A DNA stretch of 64,000 nucleotides from Patescibacteria group bacterium (lineage in GTDB: Bacteria > Patescibacteriota > Microgenomatia > UBA12405): positions 58,371-122,370 of the forward strand of contig JBBTXE010000001.1 in assembly GCA_038062455.1 (NCBI GenBank), in the 5' to 3' direction. A program made the translations under genes and the position numbers. This document shows positions 8,943 to 16,541 of the stretch, piece after piece (positions within the stretch are counted from its first letter, which is position 1; every line of letters begins with the position of its first letter). The notes under the pieces were generated by a model. That model was not told where the DNA came from. It was given only the letters and a program-made list of their open reading frames with translations, and did no database searches.

Positions 8943-9187
8943 TGAACAGTTTGTCTCTGACCCCCCGCCAAGACAAGTATCTTAAGGACAGGAGATTGGA
9001 AAAAAAGTTTATAAAACAACTTAATTTTCTTTTGGAAAACCCTTTTCACCCCAGTTTAAATCTTGAATTACTCGAACCCAAAGAAAAAGGTCTCTATAGC
9101 TTTCGTCTTGATCGTCAATATCGGGTTATCTTTATCTTCACCAAAGGCGATATTGAAGTTATCACTATCACCAACCATTATCGTTAA
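8939..9187 (+). CDS. RelE/ParE-family type II toxin
   Basis: 82 aa. LYSFRLDRQYRVIFIF..GDIEVITITNHY resembles the RelE/ParE core. Translationally coupled to the upstream small ORF. Confidence 0.6.
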   Translation: MMNSLSLTPRQDKYLKDRRLEKKFIKQLNFLLENPFHPSLNLELLEPKEKGLYSFRLDRQYRVIFIFTKGDIEVITITNHYR

Positions 9188-9204
9188 GTATCGAGGATTA
9201 ATTT

Positions 9205-9252
9205 AAACCGGCCGCTAACCCATGATTCTGCCCCTGATCATTGAAGGTATAG
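9205..9252 (+). repeat. diverged echo of the rnj 3' end (non-functional fragment)
   Basis: aaaccggccgcTAAcccatgattctgcccctgatcattgaaggtatag aligns with rnj 8564-8610 (TGRQPMVLPLIIEV* versus TGR*PMILPLIIEG...), with roughly four fifths of positions identical. Confidence 0.75.
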
Positions 9253-9256
9253 GTCC

Positions 9257-9664
9257 CTAAGGACTCCAGTTTCTTACTATAGGTATTTTGGTTTCAATAG
9301 GTTCCTTTGCTTTTATTTCAACCGAACAACCATCTTCAGGTCTAACCCTTCTTACTGCGATGGTGAAAGGTTCGCTATCTTCTCCATATCCTCCAACCGC
9401 TTCTCTGGTTGCCACAGGAATCCCCATATTAGCCAAGTCTTGTCTAATTTTTGCTTGTCTTTGCCATGTCGTATCAATTATTAATACAGTTGATTCAGGT
9501 TCATCAGTTAATAACTTGGCAACTTTCGCAACAGCCGGATCTAATTTAGGAGCTTTATTGTAACTCCTCCGTGCTCGAGGGATAAATTTTATTAACTCAA
9601 CCTCCTCCGGCATTGCCACTCTTACGGTTTCACCTTCCGGAATTCCGCCCCTATTTCTTGGCAT
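9257..9664 (-). CDS. hypothetical protein
   Basis: 135-aa ORF on the minority strand. No family recognised. Confidence 0.45.
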   Translation of the reverse strand: MPRNRGGIPEGETVRVAMPEEVELIKFIPRARRSYNKAPKLDPAVAKVAKLLTDEPESTVLIIDTTWQRQAKIRQDLANMGIPVATREAVGGYGEDSEPFTIAVRRVRPEDGCSVEIKAKEPIETKIPIVRNWSP

Positions 9665-9893
9665 ACAGCCGATTATAACACTAGTATCTTTTTCATATAA
9701 CCACTGTCTACTCTCGGGGTACAGGTGGGGTTATCTCGCCCGCCTTCCAACTTTATGCCAAATTAGTCGGCGGTGATATCGTTAACGATTCCAACATCAT
9801 TCATTTGCCTTGCTTCCAACTTGGGTCAGATAAAATGCTCCAGAGATTTGTAGTTGATCTGCCCGACAAATCGATCGAGGTTATTGCCAATTA

Positions 9894-9925
9894 GTAGAGA
9901 CCCCGCCGCTGCGGGGCGTCTCTAC
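9894..9925. repeat. REP-like palindrome (GTAGAGACCCCGCCGCTGCGGGGCGTCTCTAC)
   Basis: Imperfect hairpin sharing both arms with the 28-bp palindromes at 44967 and 45285. Confidence 0.7.
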
Positions 9926-9963
9926 AAAACCATCAAAAGATATATTCAAAACAATGTGACCAA

Positions 9964-9992
9964 TTGGGAAAAAGATTCATATCATTTATAAT
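9964..9992 (+). promoter_or_regulatory. candidate proS promoter: -35 TTGGGA, 17 nt spacer, -10 TATAAT, ending 5 nt before the ATG
   Basis: The hexamers and spacing can be read directly. The geometry implies a leaderless or near-leaderless mRNA. Confidence 0.4.
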
Positions 9993-9997
9993 AGGCC

Positions 9998-11419
9998 ATG
10001 GCTAAATCTCAACTTAAAGATTTCAACACTGATCTCTCCGGGTGGTTTAATGATGTCGTTTTAAAGGCCGAATTGGCCGACTATGCCCCGATCAAAGGTT
10101 GTATGGTTATTCGTCCTTACGGCTACGCCCTATGGGAAAACATTCAGAAATTTATGGACCCGCTCATTAAAAACAGGGGAGTTGAAAATGCCTATTTCCC
10201 CCTTTTCATACCCATGCACTATCTTCAAAAAGAAAAAGAACACATCGAAGGTTTTGCCCCCTTACTGGCAGTAGTTACTATAGGAGGAGGTAAAGAATTA
10301 ACCGAAAAATTGGCCGTCAGACCAACATCAGAAATGGTTATGTACGATCTGTATAAAAAATGGTTTGGCAGTTGGCGCGATTTACCGGTTCGCCTAAACC
10401 AATGGTGCAATATCGTCCGCTGGGAAAAACGAACTTACCTTTTCCTCCGCACTTCTGAATTTTTATGGCAGGAGGGTCATTGCGCCCACCTGACCCATGA
10501 ACAAAGTCAAGAAGAAGTTATCTGGGCAATTAACATGTATCAACAAACTTATCAGGAACTTATGGCTGTTTATGGAATTATTGGAGTCAAAAGCGACTCA
10601 GAAAAATTTGCCGGCGGAGCCAAAACTTACACTTTCGAATCTTTAATGCCCAGTGGCAAATCTCTCCAGGCCTGCACCTCTCACGATTTAGGCCAAAATT
10701 TTTCTAAATCCCTGGATTGGACCGTTCAGAACAAAGATGGTCAAAAAGTTCATCCTTGGCAAAATAGCTGGGGTTTCACCACTCGCAGTATCGGTGCTCT
10801 GATTATGACCCACGGTGATGAAAACGGATTAGTTCTGCCGCCCAAAATTGCCCCAATCCAGATCATTATTGTACCCATTCCCGGCCATCAGCAAGCTATT
10901 CTAAAATCGATAGAACTTTATGAAAAACTAAAAAATAATTATCGAGTTAAATTAGACAATGTTGACGGTGAAACCGCCGGTTTCAAATTTAATAAGTGGG
11001 AACTAAAAGGAGTACCTCTCCGTTTGGAAATTGGTGATGATGACGCATCTAAAGATTTAGTTACCATTTACCGTCGTGATACCGGGGCTAAAGAAAAAAT
11101 TGGTTTACTTAATTTAGAAAAATATCTCTTCTCCACCCTAGCCGGTATCCAAAACTCTTTATTTGCAAAACATAAAAAATTTACCAACGATAATACATTT
11201 TTAGTTGATTCTTACGATGAGTTTAAAAAAATTATGAGTACCACCCGGGGATTTATTTTAGCCCATTGGTGTGAAAACCCCGGTTGTGAAAACGAAATTA
11301 AAAAAGACACCAAAGCCACCACCCGCTGTCTCCCCCTGGATTCCAAAGAAGAAGAGGGTAAATGTATTCACTGTGGCAAGATTTCCCATCATCGTTGGCT
11401 CTTTGCCCTATCATACTAA
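9998..11419 (+). CDS. proS: proline--tRNA ligase (archaeal/eukaryote-like class II form)
   Basis: 473 aa. GCMVIRPYGYALWE..., class II motifs, and a C-terminal zinc-binding CENPGCE...CIHCG. Confidence 0.93.
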   Translation: MAKSQLKDFNTDLSGWFNDVVLKAELADYAPIKGCMVIRPYGYALWENIQKFMDPLIKNRGVENAYFPLFIPMHYLQKEKEHIEGFAPLLAVVTIGGGKELTEKLAVRPTSEMVMYDLYKKWFGSWRDLPVRLNQWCNIVRWEKRTYLFLRTSEFLWQEGHCAHLTHEQSQEEVIWAINMYQQTYQELMAVYGIIGVKSDSEKFAGGAKTYTFESLMPSGKSLQACTSHDLGQNFSKSLDWTVQNKDGQKVHPWQNSWGFTTRSIGALIMTHGDENGLVLPPKIAPIQIIIVPIPGHQQAILKSIELYEKLKNNYRVKLDNVDGETAGFKFNKWELKGVPLRLEIGDDDASKDLVTIYRRDTGAKEKIGLLNLEKYLFSTLAGIQNSLFAKHKKFTNDNTFLVDSYDEFKKIMSTTRGFILAHWCENPGCENEIKKDTKATTRCLPLDSKEEEGKCIHCGKISHHRWLFALSY

Positions 11420-11453
11420 TAATACTTGATACTTAATACATAATACGTAATAC
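11412..11453 (+). repeat. heptanucleotide tandem array, NTRATAC units x5-6
   Basis: catacta ataatac ttgatac ttaatac ataatac gtaatac, ending 7 nt before the ftsK ATG. Confidence 0.8.
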
Positions 11454-11460
11454 TGTATAT

Positions 11461-13581
11461 ATGCCCCGAGGTCGAAGAAAAAATCGGATTTTACCGTCTC
11501 TCAAACTTAAACCTGACACCGTCAAATCAATTTTTTTTATTTTCTTTTTAATTTTATCCCTAATATCAGTATTTTCCTTTCTTCAACAAGGGACTTTTGC
11601 CACCCAGTACAACACCCTCCTAAACCGTTTTTTTAGTTTTGCCTCGGTTATGGTTCCCTTTCTCCTTTTATTAATTTCCTTTCTTTTCGCCAAAATTAAA
11701 AGTCCTCTTAAGGAAGCCAATGTTTTTTTTGGCTTTCTTATTATGTTCGTCGCCGGTCTTAGCCTTTTTAAACAAGGCATCATCGGCCTTTTTTTGTGGG
11801 AGCAGCTGTTAGCTCTTTTTTCCTCTGAAGTTATTACTTTTATTATTTATTTCTTTGCTTTTATTGTTGGTTTTGTTGTTCTATTTGATACCAACATTGC
11901 CCAAATCTTCAAATTTTTCTCCCAGGCCTTACTCTTCATGAAAAAAATTACCTTTGGTTTATCCACTAAATCGGGAAGCAAAAAAACCAAAAGCACCCGG
12001 GGAAACGCTGTTTATTCTTCATCAGTTTCCGAAGTCCCTTCCAAAGAAAAACCCAATCAGGATGATTATGTCGTTGGACTTCCTTCGCTTGTCAAAACCA
12101 AAACCAACCCCATTTTCCCCGGTCCGCTTTTAAGTTCTTCCAGCCATCAGGCTTGGGCCTATCCGTCTCTGTCTATTTTTGATGATACTCCCGGTGCTAA
12201 AGCCGACCGCGGGGATGTTCGCAAAAATGCCGGTATTATCGAACAAACACTCGATTCATTTGGAATCACTGCTCGGGTAGCCGATGTCAACAACAGCCCT
12301 TCAGTTACTCAATACGCCCTTGAGGTGGCCTTAGGCACCAAACTGGCTAAAATCGTCAGTTTAAGTAATGACTTGGCTATGGCCCTGGCCGCCCCTGGCG
12401 GTCAAATTAGAGTTGAAGCCCCCATTCCCGGTCGTTCTCTGGTTGGCATCGAGGTTCCTAATCGTTCTCTTGAGGTTGTTCCCATCCGGGACGTCCTCGA
12501 ATCTGAAGCCATGAAGAATGCCCGCAGCAAAATCACCGTTCCTCTGGGTCTTGATGTTGCCGGTTTGCCTAAGGTGGCCGATATCAGCAAAATGCCCCAC
12601 GTTCTCATCGCCGGCCAAACCGGTTCCGGAAAATCAGTTTGTATTAATTCCTGGATTTCCACCCTTCTCTTTCGGGCCTCTCCCGATGAGGTACGTCTGA
12701 TTATGGTTGATCCCAAGAGAGTCGAATTAACCCCCTATAACGGTATTCCTCATTTACTTACTCCGGTTATCGTTGAACCGGAAAAAGTTGTTTCAGCCTT
12801 AAAATGGGCCGTTTCCGAAATGGAACACCGTTACAAAAGATTTAATGAAGTCGGCGCCAAAAACATCGAAGGCTACAACAATACCTCCGGCTTTCAATCT
12901 CTTCCCTACATTTTAATTCTTATCGATGAACTGGCCGATATTATGCTCTTTTCCCCGGCCGAAGTTGAGGACAACATTTGCCGCATTGCCCAAATGGCCC
13001 GGGCTGTCGGTATTCACTTAATTCTAGCCACCCAGCGTCCCTCGGTTAATATTATTACCGGCCTTATCAAAGCCAATATTCCCGCCCGTCTGGCCTTTGC
13101 TGTTGCTTCGATGATGGATTCCCGAGTTATTCTTGACTCCCCGGGTGCCGAAAAACTTTTGGGCCGGGGTGACATGCTCTATATTCCGCCGGATCTAGCC
13201 AAACCCATCCGGATTCAGGGTTGCTTTGTCTCCGACCGGGAAATTACCCGTTTAGTTGAGTTTCTTAAGACTCAAAGAGTTGGTGAATATAATGACGAAA
13301 TCTTAAAGCAGCCGGTCAAAAGCCCCACTACTCTCTCACCCAATGTCAACATAGTTGATGGTGAAAATCACGATGCTCTTTTTAATCAGGCTGTTGACTT
13401 AATCCGGAATACCGGCAAAGCTTCAGCCTCCTTTATGCAGCGTCACCTCAAAATCGGCTATGCCCGGGCTGCCCGGATTCTCGACGAAATGGAAAAAGCT
13501 GGTCTGATTGGTCCGGTTAAAGGCGCCAAGGCCAGAGATATACTTATCCCTCATGCCACCCCTAGTAGCAACGAAGACTGA
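11461..13581 (+). CDS. ftsK: DNA translocase FtsK/SpoIIIE
   Basis: 706 aa. N-terminal TM helices, Walker A AGQTGSGKS, LILIDELAD, and a C-terminal gamma winged-helix domain. Confidence 0.93.
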   Translation: MPRGRRKNRILPSLKLKPDTVKSIFFIFFLILSLISVFSFLQQGTFATQYNTLLNRFFSFASVMVPFLLLLISFLFAKIKSPLKEANVFFGFLIMFVAGLSLFKQGIIGLFLWEQLLALFSSEVITFIIYFFAFIVGFVVLFDTNIAQIFKFFSQALLFMKKITFGLSTKSGSKKTKSTRGNAVYSSSVSEVPSKEKPNQDDYVVGLPSLVKTKTNPIFPGPLLSSSSHQAWAYPSLSIFDDTPGAKADRGDVRKNAGIIEQTLDSFGITARVADVNNSPSVTQYALEVALGTKLAKIVSLSNDLAMALAAPGGQIRVEAPIPGRSLVGIEVPNRSLEVVPIRDVLESEAMKNARSKITVPLGLDVAGLPKVADISKMPHVLIAGQTGSGKSVCINSWISTLLFRASPDEVRLIMVDPKRVELTPYNGIPHLLTPVIVEPEKVVSALKWAVSEMEHRYKRFNEVGAKNIEGYNNTSGFQSLPYILILIDELADIMLFSPAEVEDNICRIAQMARAVGIHLILATQRPSVNIITGLIKANIPARLAFAVASMMDSRVILDSPGAEKLLGRGDMLYIPPDLAKPIRIQGCFVSDREITRLVEFLKTQRVGEYNDEILKQPVKSPTTLSPNVNIVDGENHDALFNQAVDLIRNTGKASASFMQRHLKIGYARAARILDEMEKAGLIGPVKGAKARDILIPHATPSSNED

Positions 13582-13586
13582 TTATT

Positions 13587-14180
13587 ATGAAACAAGCCGC
13601 CGACATTTTAGAAACTACTCGCCTCGATAAAGAATTAAGTTTTCAGGATCTTAGCCGCAAAACCCGCATTCCGATCCATTATTTAGAAGCTTTTGAAAAA
13701 GACAATCAAGCTGCCTTTCCGGCGGAACCTTATTGTTCACTGATGGTCAGAGAATACGCCGGCGCCCTAAATCTCAATCCGGAAAAAATATTATCTCTTT
13801 TTCGCCGTGATCATGAACATAAAAACCCTCCAACTTCCGCTACCCATCACGGTCCCGCCATTACCCCTCAAATTACCTACACTATTTTCATTATCCTCTC
13901 CTTTCTTCTTTTTTCCGGCTATCTCCTATTCGAATATGTCAAATTCAATCGACCGCCCCATTTAAAAGTCAACTGGCCCGAAGCTAAATCTAAAATTATC
14001 GAGGTTAGCGGTCAAACCGATCCGGAATCCACCATCAAAATCAATAACGATTTAGTTGTGGTTGACCTCGAAGGCAGTTTTAAAAAACAGCTTGAACTGT
14101 CCACTCCGGAGGCCAAAATTATCGTTGAATCCCGTTCTCCGGCCGGCAAAACCACGGTTACCGAAAAAATTTACAAATAG
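13587..14180 (+). CDS. RodZ-like helix-turn-helix membrane protein
   Basis: N-terminal HTH (LSFQDLSRKTRIPIHYLEAFE), a central TM helix and a C-terminal beta domain. Confidence 0.55.
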   Translation: MKQAADILETTRLDKELSFQDLSRKTRIPIHYLEAFEKDNQAAFPAEPYCSLMVREYAGALNLNPEKILSLFRRDHEHKNPPTSATHHGPAITPQITYTIFIILSFLLFSGYLLFEYVKFNRPPHLKVNWPEAKSKIIEVSGQTDPESTIKINNDLVVVDLEGSFKKQLELSTPEAKIIVESRSPAGKTTVTEKIYK

Positions 14181-14194
14181 TGTAAACTTATCCA

Positions 14195-14452
14195 ATGGAC
14201 CCAACCCAAATTATTATCACTGTCAGCATTTCCCTAATTACCCTTACCATTATTTTTTGTGCTGTCTATTTTGTCAGACTCCTTTCCGATCTTCGCCGGC
14301 TTCTTGTCAAAATCCACCCCATCATTTCCGATGCCGGATTAATCAGTAGTTCCATTGCCAAGCCGGTTTCTTCCATTTCTGAATTTGTCATGGGTTTCAA
14401 AAACGGTTTTAGTATTTTCAATAATCTTTTCCCAAAAGATAAAGAAAAATAA
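14195..14452 (+). CDS. small membrane protein (DUF948-like)
   Basis: 85 aa with an N-terminal TM helix followed by an amphipathic helix. Confidence 0.4.
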   Translation: MDPTQIIITVSISLITLTIIFCAVYFVRLLSDLRRLLVKIHPIISDAGLISSSIAKPVSSISEFVMGFKNGFSIFNNLFPKDKEK

Positions 14453-14453
14453 C

Positions 14454-14762
14454 ATGACTTGTTGTCAGGACAAAGATTGTCAATGCGGTGGGGGAAGTAG
14501 CAGTTTTGTTTTTGGATTAATAATCGGCGCTTTTTTAGCCGCCGCCGTCATCATTTTAACTTCCAAGGACAAAGACAAAATCATCAAAAACATTAGAAAT
14601 AAAATCGAGGATTTATTTAAGGACAAAATTCCCGAAATCAAAAAAAATATTCCTGAGATTAAAAAGAAAATCGCTGTTATTATTCCTGACTCTCTTTCTC
14701 CTCCTCCCGTTGTTTCCTCCCCCAAGAAACCCGTCAAACTCTTCAAACCCCCCAAAAAATAG
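14454..14762 (+). CDS. YtxH-like small membrane protein
   Basis: The internal ATG at 14454 directly follows the previous stop. FVFGLIIGAFLAAAV TM segment followed by a Lys-rich helix. The longer 14355 start overlaps the upstream gene. Confidence 0.4.
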   Translation: MTCCQDKDCQCGGGSSSFVFGLIIGAFLAAAVIILTSKDKDKIIKNIRNKIEDLFKDKIPEIKKNIPEIKKKIAVIIPDSLSPPPVVSSPKKPVKLFKPPKK

Positions 14763-14786
14763 CCCCATCCCTGCTATAATTCCCTC

Positions 14787-16541
14787 ATGAATGCCCGGGA
14801 ATTAAAAAAGCTTTTTGTTGACTTTTTTGTACCAAAAAATCACGTTGAAATTCCCTCCGCTTCCCTCATTCCTGACAATGACCCCAGTACCCTTTTTATT
14901 TCTGCCGGCATCCAGCCCCTCGTTCCCTACTTTTTAGGCAAAACCCATCCCAACGGTTCGCGATTGGTTAACGTTCAAAAATGCGTCCGTACCGGTGACA
15001 TTGATGAGGTTGGTGATACCGTTCACCACACCTTTTTTGAAATGCTGGGTAACTGGTCTTTAGGCGACTACTTTAAAAATGAAATGATCCCCTGGAGTTT
15101 TGAATTTTTGACTAAAAGCTTAAATATTCCGGCAGACAAATTAGCCATTACCTGTTTTGAGGGGGACACCGATGCTCCCCAAGACACAGAAACCGCCAGT
15201 CTCTGGGGAAAACAAGGAATATCTTCTCCAAGAATTGTATTTTTACCCAAAAAAAATAACTGGTGGGGTCCTCCCGGAATTACCGGACCTTGCGGCCCTG
15301 ATACCGAAATGTTTTATTGGACCAAAGCCTCTCCCCCTCCCCAACAATTTGACCCCAATGATTCTACTTGGGTAGAAATTTGGAATGACGTCCTAATCCA
15401 ATATTTTAAAAATGATTCCAGTAAATACGAGAAACTTGTTCAAAACAACATTGACACCGGCATGGGGGTGGAACGGACTTTGGCAGTCCTCAATGATTTT
15501 TCCGATAATTATCAGACTCCAATTTGGCAACCAATTATTAAAAAAATTGAAGAAATTTCTGGCCAAAAATATGCCGATAATTTAAATTCCATGCGGATTA
15601 TCGCCGATCATCTCCGCGCCGCTGCATTTATCATTGCCGATGGAGTCGAGCCGTCAAACAAAGAAGCCGGCTACGTTCTCCGTCGTCTGATCCGCCGTTC
15701 TGTCCGCCACGGCAAGATAATCGGCATCGAAAATAATTTCTGTCAAAATATAGCCCAATCCGTTTTAGGCAACCAAAACAATTATGCCGGTATATATCCG
15801 GAGTTAGATCAAAACCAAGAAAAAATATTAGAAATTATTGATCTGGAGGAAAACAAATTCCGAAAAACTTTAAACAGGGGATTGAATGAAATTAATAAAC
15901 TAATCAAGCGCCGTCATAACGTCAGTGGTCAAGAAGCCTTTGATCTTTATCAAAGTTTCGGTTTTCCGTTGGAGTTAATCGAGGAAGAGTTAAAGAAAAA
16001 TGATCTAAGTTTGGATATAGACGAATTTAATAAGTCAAAAGAGGAGCATATCAAGCAGTCCCGCACTCTCTCTGCTGGCAAATTCAAGTCGGGACTGGCA
16101 GATAACAGTGAAATTATTACTAAATATCACACTGCCACTCATCTTCTCCACGCTTCCCTGAGAAAAGTTTTAGGAAATCACGTTTCGCAATCCGGCTCAA
16201 ATATCACCCAAAAGCGTTTACGTTTTGACTTTAGCCATGGTCAAAAGTTAACCGATAACGAGTTAAAGCAGGTTTCCGATTTAATCAACGAGCAAATTGA
16301 AAAAAAGCTGATCGTTACCAAAGAAACCACCACCTTTGTTGAAGCTCAAAAAAGCGGCGCTTTGGCCTTTTTTGGGACCAAATATCCGGAGACTGTAACC
16401 GTCTTTTCGATTGGCAATTTTTCCCGGGAGCTATGCACCGGACCCCATGTTGATAATACGGGTATTTTAGGCAAATTTGAAATCTATAAGGAAGAATCGG
16501 CCGGATCTGAGAAACGTCGGATTTATGCTATTCTTAAGTGA
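14787..16541 (+). CDS. alaS: alanine--tRNA ligase, short form (catalytic + tRNA-recognition + editing domains, no C-Ala domain)
   Basis: FFEMLGNWSLGDYFK, an HTATHLLH...CTGPH editing zinc site; the ORF ends at 584 aa. Confidence 0.92.
   Translation: MNARELKKLFVDFFVPKNHVEIPSASLIPDNDPSTLFISAGIQPLVPYFLGKTHPNGSRLVNVQKCVRTGDIDEVGDTVHHTFFEMLGNWSLGDYFKNEMIPWSFEFLTKSLNIPADKLAITCFEGDTDAPQDTETASLWGKQGISSPRIVFLPKKNNWWGPPGITGPCGPDTEMFYWTKASPPPQQFDPNDSTWVEIWNDVLIQYFKNDSSKYEKLVQNNIDTGMGVERTLAVLNDFSDNYQTPIWQPIIKKIEEISGQKYADNLNSMRIIADHLRAAAFIIADGVEPSNKEAGYVLRRLIRRSVRHGKIIGIENNFCQNIAQSVLGNQNNYAGIYPELDQNQEKILEIIDLEENKFRKTLNRGLNEINKLIKRRHNVSGQEAFDLYQSFGFPLELIEEELKKNDLSLDIDEFNKSKEEHIKQSRTLSAGKFKSGLADNSEIITKYHTATHLLHASLRKVLGNHVSQSGSNITQKRLRFDFSHGQKLTDNELKQVSDLINEQIEKKLIVTKETTTFVEAQKSGALAFFGTKYPETVTVFSIGNFSRELCTGPHVDNTGILGKFEIYKEESAGSEKRRIYAILK

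Noticed and set aside
9665-9997. The largest non-coding stretches (9665-9997, 45313-45501, 46675-46798, 42430-42555), examined for tRNA, tmRNA or other structured RNA genes.
   Set aside because: No cloverleaf-compatible acceptor/T-arm pairing or GTTCRA-type T-loop could be found by eye. These regions contain only the promoter-like boxes, hairpins and repeats listed above. A covariance-model scan would be needed to exclude small RNAs.
12361-12716. Minus-strand ORFs (85 and 104 aa) inside ftsK.
   Set aside because: They are shadow ORFs of the conserved FtsK motor domain.
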